Shown piece after piece: positions 11,730 through 22,526 of a stretch of DNA of 64,000 bases. A program made the position numbers and the translations under genes. Each line of letters starts with the position of its first letter. The first letter of the stretch is position 1. This DNA comes from Trichosphaerium sp. ATCC 40318 (lineage: Eukaryota; Protista; Tubulinea). A model generated the notes under the pieces. The model made no database searches. It saw nothing but the letters and a program-made list of their open reading frames with translations, and had not been told where the DNA came from. The DNA lies in NCBI GenBank assembly GCA_038496445.1, contig JALMLS010000354.1, forward strand, positions 538,045-602,044. The letters are read 5' to 3'.

Positions 11730-14230
11730 TTACAAACTTTTACAAATTGAATAAGATAGTGTTAAAGATAGCAGGTATACAGTGCTAAGTGCAGTAGAAA
11801 AAGACCTAGAATGCATTGAATTAGGAGTATTTGTTGTTTGTGTTGGTTCCGAAACAGGAGGTTCGATAAATAGGTCTTCCTTGTCTAGGGCTGTATCTAT
11901 ACATGTCAATGGTTCTTGAATAAATTTGATAACTTCAGTATCAGGTCCGTCTAGAAGGCAATGAAATTAGTCCTTCAAAAAAAAAATGGGGTAAAGACAG
12001 AAACAACTCACCACTGTTGCCTAGAGGAGGGCTATCGCTGGCTACGAAATCATAAATTCCGCCACAAAATAGGTACTCACTGTTTCCATAAGCACAATAT
12101 CTATTCAGGTTCAAGGAGATGAGATCTTCTTTTTAGGAAATATGTTAAACTAGTACCTCATTTTCGGCATTGCCGGATAGTATATCAAGTATGCTTGGCA
12201 CATCTCCTCTGAAGAAGCACCACCTATGGAGATGTTTGTACTGGAGCTCTCAGTATTGAAATAGCAGTGTAAATTAATGCGGTCACCCCGGGATATAGTG
12301 TAGTTGACAGGTGTAAATTGTTGGAACGCTAAAGAGTCAAAGACGTAAGCAACAAAAAAATCAAAACGTTCCCATACCGAAATCCCAAAAGTTAATCCGA
12401 TTAGATGACGCAACAACTTGACCGTCACGTGTTATCTTTGTATAAATCTTCGACCCTTTTAGCTCGTTAGTTCTTAAACACGTGTTGTGCTAGTACTACC
12501 ATATTCATGCATGTGCAAGAAGCTTCCTATGACTGTAATCTCGTTTTCTGTCCATTGATCACTTGCCGTGCATGCCGGAGAGCATGTAGTTTCAATATGA
12601 TGCTACAAAAATAAGCAATGGTGCTAAGCACTTTTCCAAATAGTAAAAATCACGTACATCTATAGATTTAGCAGGAATAGGTGGTAGTTCTAGAACCGGA
12701 TCACCAATGCTTATAACCCCAGCTTCAGTAGGTCTGAGCTTTGTGGTAGTAAAAGCAGCAATGCCTGAACTAGAAACAGTTTTAGACATGTTGAGGGATG
12801 GTTTAGCCTCTGCGTACTTGTCACGAACACCAGTATCAAGGCTAGGATTGTCATAGTGAATTTCGACAACCAAATCTGTTGCGTCCATTGGACCTCCCAT
12901 GGGAATGCCTGTATAGTTTTTGTGAGACAAGAACGTAGGTTTAGTATAGAGTACTTACCAACATTTTCAGGGAGTTTGTATGCAAGACCACCTTTTGCCC
13001 ATCCCCACACCATCATACACCCAAAGGTGCCCTTAACCTGCGTTCAGTATAAACAGTTATATTGCTCTTATTGTACCTGAGGCGATTCACATTCAGTACC
13101 AGAGCCAGCTAATGTTGCAAGATAAGCGATAACATAGCAAGTTCTGAGCAATCATGAAATAGCATATGATGTACATATTTCTCGTTGTCAATCACAGGTT
13201 CAAACTTTCATATAAAGTTAACTAGACAATAAAATCCTCCTTTAGCTCGTACCATTATTGCATGAACTTTTGTAACGTTAGATATTTTCCTGTATTTGCA
13301 TGAATAGATTGTATCTTTTGCTGGAATTTCATAGTCTGAAAACACGTGAATAAGTTAAAAAAAAACACTGTATGACTTTATAATGTAGTACCGTCCATAA
13401 CAAAAGACTCTTTTACTGATCCAGTTGGTACTGTAAGCGGAGAATCACCATAAAACACAATAGCACTAGCAACTAAAAAAGAAAACAGTTAAGTCATAGC
13501 ACCAACGGCACTAGCTTACCTTTGTTTTGTCCATGGTATGAGAATGTATCACTTTGACCCCAAGCAGCTACAACTCTATTCACTCCAGTAGTAATAGCCC
13601 TATCCTATTTAACAGAGATCAGCAACAGAAAGTTCTAAGGCAGATAAAAAATCGTACGTTTTGGTCTTTTGTATCAAGCTTTCTCCTCACTTCAATTATT
13701 GTACTCGAGTTGTATTGTTCCCCAGAAATAATTTTCCAATGCTGACAAGAGTCTCTTATTGGTGTAACACCAGTCTAAAGATAAATAAGCTCAACGATCA
13801 TCAAGAAATCGTAGTGTACTTTAGTACAGTACATATCGTTTACTTCACATCTACCAGTGTTGTCTAAACAATAGCAGTCAATACAAACGCAAAATACATC
13901 AACTAATACCATCAACAAAGCCATAGACCATGTCAGCACCGCCCATGCTAAAAAACTTAAGTGTCAACAACAAAAGTTCTGGTGCAACTTATAAATCACG
14001 TGCCTCCCGCTTGTAGGTTCCCAATACCAAAAGAAATGTATCCAGTTGTTTTTACTTCAAACGCCATGTTTATTTCGTCGTTTGCTTCATCAACCCTCCA
14101 GAATAGTGTAAAAGTCGCGTGATAAAACTTGTTTGTTCGGGTATGACATTGGATCGAATTCAGCCGATACTAACAAGTACGGTAGTATACAAAAGAAAGC
14201 AGTTAACAGATGATGAGTTGTGGTAGTCAT
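11730..14230 (-). CDS. DOMON + copper type II ascorbate-dependent monooxygenase (DBH/MOXD1-like), multi-exon
   Basis: Signal peptide, FGIGEPTSGSMGGADMV (DOMON), HHMLFH, VEIHYDNP, HMH and GGASSEEMC Cu ligands, hydrophobic C-terminus. Two 1-nt homopolymer frame breaks in exon 1 (about 14110 and 14020). Confidence 0.88.
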
Positions 14231-14333
14231 TGTGGTTGTTAATGTTGTATGCCTTGATTACAATTTTGCTAATTTTATTTTTCATATAAAATGCATTGTC
14301 GGGTTGACAACACGTGTCGTAAACGCTGTATTT

Positions 14334-14663
14334 ATGGGTTCTTATTGTTTTGAGAAATATTCAGGTACAGTGACACGCGCCATGTAACTCACAAGGAGAA
14401 TCTCAACAGCCATTTAGATTCTGTTTTAGAGGGAGCTACCTACGTAAGCTTAATGGAGAAACCTGGTTGTTACGAATGTCAGCGCATAGTTGGCCACAGT
14501 GTGCTACAAAAAGGTATCCTCGCAGCTACTCCTGTTTGTTGTCGAGCCATAGCTACGCCTTGTATACGTAAGTGATTAAAACAAATCAAGCATTGCAGTA
14601 GAAGAAACAAGACTTACAAAGAAAATTCGTGATCGCACTAGATCGCTATCAAACGAATCTTAA
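14334..14663 (+). CDS. Candidate small Cys-rich 3-exon protein, unknown function
   Basis: ATG at 14334 with GT-AG introns 14365-14429 and 14568-about 14598 gives MGSYCFEKYSEGATYVSLMEKPGCYECQRIVGHSVLQKGILAATPVCCRAIATPCI..; no recognised homologue. Confidence 0.3.
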
Positions 14664-14984
14664 CAAAGCAGGATTTGAAACTTCGTATTCAAGCTACGCT
14701 AATAAACGGCTATAGTTTTAATCAAATATGTAGTAACTATCCTTTAATCTAAATCTTTTTTTACAAATTCTAATTCCGTGCCAAAAGTTGTAAGCATCAA
14801 TGTTATTTTCTTGGTAGCGAGTTACAAGACGATCCTATAGAGGCGCTATATGTTGCAGACTTCCTACCGTAGCATGTAGTTTAAGATAAATGTAGGAGAA
14901 GGAGATCCAGAGGTATCTAATATCTCCAAGCACTGCAATGGTCTAGTCAACATTGCAGTTTATCGATCAGCTAACTGGTATTTT

Positions 14985-15345
14985 CCATTAGATGGCCACT
15001 CCTTGGTTCACCATGTCGTTAGTCATTAACCCGTGACCTGAATCTCAAGTTGTCTGTTCTCATACCAGCGTTTACTTCACCATTACCATTGATAGTTACG
15101 TGTACTGCTGGCTTGATGTCCATTCTTTACAAACCATTTCTTTCGTGTGACTTTACTTTTACACCTTTATACCATCGTATCCATGTTCCTTTTCTTTCTA
15201 GCGTTACATCAAAAAGTGTGTTGGTTGCTGCTCTCTTTGATAGAAGTGGAATTTTGTGATGAATACTTCCAAATTGAAGGTACAAAACATGAGTTTGAAG
15301 TTCACGTGGAATCGATATAACCAAGTTTACGATCCGGTTGTTTGA
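14985..15345 (-). pseudogene. Decayed F-box-like/MORN-variant repeat gene (paralogue of 33246-34219)
   Basis: VISIPRELQTHVL..IPLLSKRAATNTLFD matches ILSLPVELQLDII..WPILSKQTATTTRFD. Then frameshift-broken units RNG-CKEW, NGE-KRWYENRQLEIQ and RHGE-KEWPSNGK. Confidence 0.75.
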
Positions 15346-15571
15346 ACTTGAAAGACTTAGAAAAAAAAAAATGTTAAATACAGCACAAGCACAATAATAT
15401 TGCAAAGTCTCACACAAACAAAAAAGGTGTCCTGTACTCGTATCAATGCATCGCTACTGGTTTGAACTATTTGGAAAACTGTCAGACACGGTCTTGCGGA
15501 AGTTATGATGAAAGCTGACAAAGTCAAGAAATGTCGCGAAACGACATTCAGCTACAGCCTTAAAACTGTTA

Positions 15572-17601
15572 ATGAAGCGAAAGCTAGGAACGAGTGAAAC
15601 TACAGCATCAAAAAAACGCAAAATGGAGCCTTGGCAAGTTTTACAAAAGACACTATCAGCGGAAGAAGCTGCAAACGCACCAGAAATACTCGAAGATAAC
15701 TTTTTAGAGGTTTTATTAACGTTTTCTCAACGAAATAACGCTTATTCCTTTACAAGGCTTTTGCGTATCCTCTTAAGCCTGAAGAGTTCATGTCGAGCGT
15801 ATACAAGCGTAATATACCGCTTGTAGTACGCGGTTCAGGAATAAAACGCATCCAGACGCTTATAGATGACTACATGTTCGAGTTAGACACTGAAGAGCTT
15901 CTAAGCAACTCTGCTTCGGATAGCATACACTTATGGTTCAAAGTACACAGAAACACATCACAATAATCCCTAAACGCAACAGGAAGGAGAAAACGGCGAA
16001 TTAGAGAGCGAAGAGCTTACATCAATAAAAGTAGCCATGATGTGCCATAAAAGCGGCGGAACGCTTTACTTTCGGTATGTTACGCGTATTCTTAGATGTA
16101 GACAAACGAACTAACAAAAAAACTCTTCAAGTCCTTCAGAAACGATGGAAGCAGCGTTTGTTAATGGGTGCGCACGTGACCTTGGAATGAACTTTGCTCA
16201 AATCTATCCTGATGGTAAAGACAAGGTACATAAAGTGATTTTGCTTTTTGGGGTTTTTTTCGGTTACAATTAACGTACTGACTTTGGTGAAGGGTGAGAT
16301 CGAGGTTTTCATGTCAAAGCGAGGTCACTTTACACCTTATCATTTTGATTTTATGCAAAACTTCACAATTCAGTTGAAAGGAAGTAAGACGTGGAAGCTT
16401 GCTGATAGTGGTGTTCATTCCCCTATAAGAGGCTGGACACCACATTACTTTCAGCCAGATAATCTAGAACAACAGATGAAGCTTCATAAACTACACAATC
16501 CGTAAGCATCATCCTCGCTGATTCACGTTTTACCAATTTTTTATTTTCTTCGACAGAGAGTTCAGCGGTGAACCGCCTGCAGATGATCAATTCACATCAA
16601 TCACATTGGAACCAGGAGACGTCCTTTACCACCCACCAGGAGTCTGGCATAGCGTGAGGTAAGATTCAGATCAAAAGAGTCGAGGTTCATGTTTTTTTGT
16701 ATAGTGCTGGTGCTGACTCTATATCGATTAATATATCTTTGGTTGGCTCCACTTGGAGTGATATCCTAATGAATGGACTTCAAATGTCCCTATGGAAACA
16801 AAAGAGCTTTAGAAGCTTTGCTCATAGTATGCATGATGTTGAGAAAATGCATAAACAAGCGACTGATATGCTAGAACAATTTAAAGCGTATGAATACTTT
16901 GTTTGTTTTTTGTTGGCTTTTTTTTTCAGTGGAGCACCTAGTTGACTTAATGCTTATTTAGGCAAGTTGCACAACTCAAAGTAGAAGATATATTACCCCC
17001 TGGTATACTACAGAATAGAGGAGAAGTAGTTAATGTATCAAGAGAAAGCGTTAACAATGAACTAAAAGAAGATACTAAATTTCAGTTAAATCCACTTTCT
17101 GTAATTATGCGCGAAACTTCACCTCCTGAAGAAGAAGGTATGTTTTTAGCAATCAATTAAAAGTCTTTTGGTTAACATCCTATCTAGATATGGAAGAGCA
17201 CATGGACGAAGGTTTTAAGAATTATATGGCTACTATGGGTAGAGCAATGCCAGACGAAGAAGATGAAGATGACGATGATGTTGAATCCGAATATTTTGGA
17301 ATACAAGCTGGGTACACCCTTTTGTTAATATTTATATTGTTCTAGTTGTGTGCATTTGCTAACAAGTGTTGTATTAAGCTATGGTAATCAAGATATTGTT
17401 ACAGAGTATCATGTTGTTCTACAAGTTCCTGAAACAGTAGCACCTATTTTACTTTGGATAAGAAGTCAAGGATCTTCTGTATTCACAATGAAGAAAGCAG
17501 TTGAAGAAAGTAATGTTAAAGTAGAAGATGATACCATAATCAATAAGTTATTTGATCAACTTATTTTTAATGGTGCGATACACAAGTCACAACAAAAATA
17601 G
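15572..17601 (+). CDS. JmjC/cupin-4 2-oxoglutarate oxygenase (RIOX/NO66/YcfD-like), multi-exon
   Basis: TPYHFDFMQNFTIQLKGSKTWKL (HxD) and LEPGDVLYHPPGVWHSV (distal His); N-terminal NLS-like KKRK. Confidence 0.85.
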
Positions 17602-17830
17602 AATAAAAATAAATCAATCTCCTCATAACTCTTTCTGTTTTCTTTGCATATAATGTTACACGGTATTTCAGAGAGCGTAGTATTCACAAAGTATACAAGG
17701 TGTATATTTGAGAGAAATTACATGGCACCATGGAGTAGGACATCATTAAGATGGTACACAAAACGTTTTGTTAAACAAATACAGCTGAAAGTCCTTGTTC
17801 TACTTATTTTCCATTAGCCTAACACGTTTC

Positions 17831-19114
17831 CTAGTGTGCCATTTGGTCCCAATAGTTTCTGCTTGCATTCACGTCATTTTTACCCAAAATAAGCTTTGAC
17901 GACATCAAAAAAGAGTTCAAGTAAATGGTATTAACATCATAGCCCATGGTGACTGTCGCATTGTTAAAACGATTCTGTCTGACAGTAGATCCATAGCCAA
18001 TTTCCACAGATCCGTAAAAATCATTGTCGTAAAGGTTAGAGTGTAGATACTTTACAGCAGTTTTTTCTGCTGCTGTAAACGAGTTACCATGTAATATCGT
18101 CGGTTGATACGGAGGGTCTCTGATATTATCTGTTACTATAAGCCTGTCACGTGCATCAACAATATTGTCAAAGAATGGACCACCGTTAATGTAGATAGTA
18201 GAGTCGTTAACTGTTGTTTTGAATGTTGAAGTTTTGACACTTTGCCAAGGGTATACGTGGATAGAGTCCCTGGCACTGCTTGAAAAATGATGAGACGCAG
18301 ATGTAAAGGTAGAGTTCTTAGATCCAAAAATAGATACGAAATCCCAATCAGCACCAGGTGCTTGTCCAATCTTAACTTCACATGAATCGAATATCCCATA
18401 CACGGAGTGTCCGGATGAGTTATCATTGTTTAAGAGGATTGTATTTATAAAATGACATGGACAAGGTTCGCTTCTGTACACATCTACTTCTGTGTTCGTA
18501 AAGACGATCAGAGTTGAGTTTTCAACTGTAACATTGTGCTTCATTGGCCTAAACGTCGTGAACTGTGTTCTAAGTGCATGTATTGAAGTAAAGTAGCTCC
18601 ACCCTGTGACAGACGCGAAATCGAATGTTGAATCTTCTATTTTCATGTCTTTCATCGTACTTGGTTTCAATCCTCTCATGTACACTGACTGTAAGCTTCC
18701 AAATTGGGCGTTTAATGGTGCTGGTCCTGTATCATCGAATTGAAATAGGTACTTGCATTTGCTGACGATATTGGGATTCCATTCAACACGTGCTTGATGA
18801 GTGGAGTTTCCAATAATCTCTAGACGAGCTTTTCCTTTGAAAATAATTGTTTCGTTGTTGTTGTGTTGCCCATGATTATCTGATGAGGGTATACAAAAAG
18901 GAGAGCTAGCGACAACCAGAGTAGCGCCAGGTTCGATGGTTAATACTGCGTTTACAACATAGATGGTTCCGTTGGCATAGTATGGGCTTTCAGCGGCTGT
19001 TAAGAACGTGTTGGTGTTATAAATGCCATGAAGTATTGTGTCAGAGGTTACACGCGGTACTATTGTCACAATGACCAGAGCTGTTATTATCGTATGTGAG
19101 AGGCGTTGCCACAT
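17831..19114 (-). CDS. Secreted right-handed beta-helix (pectin-lyase-like) protein, intronless
   Basis: Signal peptide, ESPYY..VLTIEPGATL start motif, N/D-rich short coils, terminal NASRNYW motif. Confidence 0.7.
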   Translation of the reverse strand: MWQRLSHTIITALVIVTIVPRVTSDTILHGIYNTNTFLTAAESPYYANGTIYVVNAVLTIEPGATLVVASSPFCIPSSDNHGQHNNNETIIFKGKARLEIIGNSTHQARVEWNPNIVSKCKYLFQFDDTGPAPLNAQFGSLQSVYMRGLKPSTMKDMKIEDSTFDFASVTGWSYFTSIHALRTQFTTFRPMKHNVTVENSTLIVFTNTEVDVYRSEPCPCHFINTILLNNDNSSGHSVYGIFDSCEVKIGQAPGADWDFVSIFGSKNSTFTSASHHFSSSARDSIHVYPWQSVKTSTFKTTVNDSTIYINGGPFFDNIVDARDRLIVTDNIRDPPYQPTILHGNSFTAAEKTAVKYLHSNLYDNDFYGSVEIGYGSTVRQNRFNNATVTMGYDVNTIYLNSFLMSSKLILGKNDVNASRNYWDQMAH

Positions 19115-20038
19115 TTGTACACTTTACAATATATTGTTCTTTGGAATACCAACTTAGGCGAAAGAAACAAGCAGCACAAGCAAGTGTTTTATGAGGTTTT
19201 GTTTGCCACCAAGGCTGTTTCACTGATTATTTATTTTATTGTGCTGCACAAATCACGTGATTTCTTAGAAATATATCTTAACGTATGTTGTGAGATATCT
19301 ATGAATAAGATGCCTCAAGAAATTGATTGACAATTGTACGAGTTTTCCAGAGACAAATTGGTGGCAAAGTCTTGTAAACAGCCAGTTGCATGTGATTGTA
19401 AATCACCTCTTTGTTGGCCTCCAAAACAATTAGTGCAGCGCTGGCGGTGCATTTTATTGGCATTACTGTATTGTCTTCACTGCTAGATACATTTTCGAAT
19501 ACGTCCATAAAATATGACTAACACCACAAACCCATGCCATTTGTACGATTATTGATGTGTACGGTTGAGAGTAACATTCAATTTGGTATCAATAAGTGCA
19601 AAATTTAGGTTAAAATAAAGGACAGGGCATGAACGCAAAAAAGTAGCCAACAGCGGAAATTTACTGTTTTCCATTTCTATTATCACGTGCCATATTCATT
19701 CACTATGATAAGCAAGAATAGAATTGAACGCACCTCAGATGTTGCTGTCAAGGGTTTAGGTACGCAGTTTTGATAGTCCACGTGGCGGAGCTCGTGCTAA
19801 AAACAGGTTTAAATTCTTACCTTTTCCGTTGTCTTTATTGTCCGTGGGCTATTTCACAAGCAATTTGTTCTCAGAACAGAACAAAACGGCTCATTTTGGT
19901 TCGTTAGAAACACGTGATGACAATTCGAAATTATATTCCGTAGTCCGAATATTAAAACAACTAGCAGACTGCGGGGTCAAAATAATTAAACCCCGAAATG
20001 CCTTGTTACGTCACGTGATACAAAAAAGGAATAAGGTA

Positions 20039-22222
20039 ATGCAAAGCTCTTCTTTTCTATTCTATTTCTTGTCAAGTACGTACATTCTTTTCGGAGCTTA
20101 GTACCGATGTTGTCCTTTAGCGAGCCTTACACTTCTTTTAGTCCTAATTGGCTTACCACACGTGTATTCAATAATTGAAGGGGTATCACCAATCAACATG
20201 GTAAATAAAACAATTCAAATATGGCCACAAAAATACAGTGGTAACACTGTAGACTTTGATCCTATCATAGGAGAGTTAGTAGATACAACAGATACAAACA
20301 AAACAGGTAAGTTAAAATTACCAACACTTTTTATATCGAAGTGTTTTAAAAACACCGAATCAGTGTTCAAGGGACATTAGGCAAGATAGTACTGATAAGG
20401 GACTGTAAAAGACCATACGAACCTAAATTTCGCACTCTTATTTTTGAAGGAGCTAAGGCTATTTTGTGTTCGCTTGCTGGACGCCCAAGCGATGTACCTG
20501 GGAACGTATGACCTTCACAAATCAATATTAAACTCAACTCATGTCAACACAGGAGATGTACGCTATTGATGGAAGTGATCGCTCTAGTTTGACAGTACCA
20601 ATTGCTACAGTCGTTACTAAGGATATAGAGGAGATATTTAGTGCAAACGGAACGATTATTATCCGGGTTATTACAGGTATGCAAAATTTTTGTTTGAAAC
20701 AAAACAAATGTCAATCAAAAGCACTTACATTCTCCGATAAGAACCGAACGAATTTATGCAAGTCTATGAATCTATGTGGTTGTGGCTATGGCAAGTGTCT
20801 TTGACTTGTGTAATATTCGGCAATATTGTATTCGCATCCTACAGGCACGTCATTTCGAACAGACATGTGCCATTTTATTTGTAAAGCTCATGAAAACAAT
20901 CAACTGTAGCGCCTTTGTCGCTGGTAGAATGCTTTCATTTTTTTAGCACTCTATGTTACCTATTTTGTGTTAATTACTTCTGATGAAGCCTCTATGAGCT
21001 AAACTGTCTTAGATTGCTTCAGCTTCTTTCATTTTACAGAAGGTTTAAAATTTCTATTGGCGTTGTGAGTGTGGTAATATGTCTCACTTCATCTTTGTGT
21101 ACAGATCATATAATATAAATGTAGCTTACTTTTTTTATATTCTAGTTATGTTCCTTGGTCTATCTATAGATCCTTTTGGAAGTCGCCAAATAATGCCATG
21201 GTGGATGAGGAATTTTTTATTTTCGTTGCCTCTACCTTTTGTTATTGCTCCACTCTTTCTCATGGCACTGTGGTGGTATGCTTCAGTGCTATAGTGTATA
21301 TAATACTTATTATATCTAGGCACTCGTTACTTGTATCGCTAAAATTTCAAGTACATCCAGGACTTCCGAAATTCAAGTAAGTTAAATTCTGATTTTTTTC
21401 TTGCTATTGAAACTCCTTTTGTACTAACAATTGTGGTGCTAAAGGTGGGTTGTTTATATCTGGATATTTATTCTTTTATTTCAACAAACAATGTTTGGAA
21501 TCCTTACTTCATTGAAGCTGGTGAGCCTTTATTTCAGAAGAACTAATTTATTTACTCTTTTCTAGTTGCCAAGAATAGTATTCGTATTGTCAACACCAAC
21601 GATTACTTTTATTTCGTTTGTCGCTGTTCTAGTCTATTGCATAGTAACATTATACCTTTTGAGAAAACGTGTTAAGAAAGTTAAACTTCAAAGCAAAGAG
21701 CAAAGGATACAACTACGAAGGGTACAACAAGTTGAATGTTATCAACTAACATCTACGTTCAGATTCGATTCAGTCTTTCTGCTGTATCTGTATCACTGGC
21801 AGTAATGATAGCGTTATTTCTATGCTTCTTGTACAGATACTCAGTGTTACGCAAAACTAACAATTACTTAAGGGCAGACATCTCATTTCCTGTGATTGAG
21901 GTTGTTTACTACTGGTTCTTATGGTTAGGCATGGCTGCGCTTGTCACTATTGAGCTTTATGTTCTCAAACCGCCCAGACGACCAATAAAGACTAAAGCTA
22001 TGCCATCTTCTTCTTCCAAGACGAAATCTACAGCAATGTAAGAGCCTTACATGACCAACTGTGGTTTTTATTAAATAACTTTTTAGGCGTAGACCTACGA
22101 TAGTTGATGTGCACATGCAAAAAGGTAAAGGTATCTCAACAACCTTTGACAGCAGTGAAGCCCCTTCGGTGATGGGAGACACAGTCATTGATCTAACGAA
22201 AACAACAAAAGGAAATCTATAG
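20039..22222 (+). CDS. PA (protease-associated) domain + multi-pass (about 7TM) membrane protein, GPCR-like
   Basis: Signal peptide; TGKIVLIRD..EGAKAIL..LTVPIATV PA signature; hydrophobic exons including IDPFGSRQI; Ser/Thr-rich tail. Confidence 0.7.
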
Positions 22223-22526
22223 CAGAGCCTGCTAATTTTTTAATGAAAGATTGCTAAAAATAAAACGTGATCAACAGACTGAAAGCACTGTCATCCCAAT
22301 ATGATTCATTAGTACACCCAAACTATGCAACGAACTAGCCTACTTTTTTCCTCAACCACAGACACGTTAGGATGAGTTCGTATTCAGTGCCTTTGTACTT
22401 GTTTCTGAAATTTTTCATTTCTTGTGCCGAACAAATTGGAAAATGACTTAAGATTGTTAAGCTACATCCAATCGCTTTGCCTTTGGTTTTGCTTCCTTAA
22501 ACGAACATAATTTTAAACAACCTACA

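Noticed and set aside
6139-14113. Single-base frameshifts (A-run at 6139, runs at 14020 and 14110) as RNA editing or programmed frameshifting
   Set aside because: All sit in homopolymer runs, go in both directions, and similar run-length differences occur between the duplicate arms; long-read consensus error is simpler.
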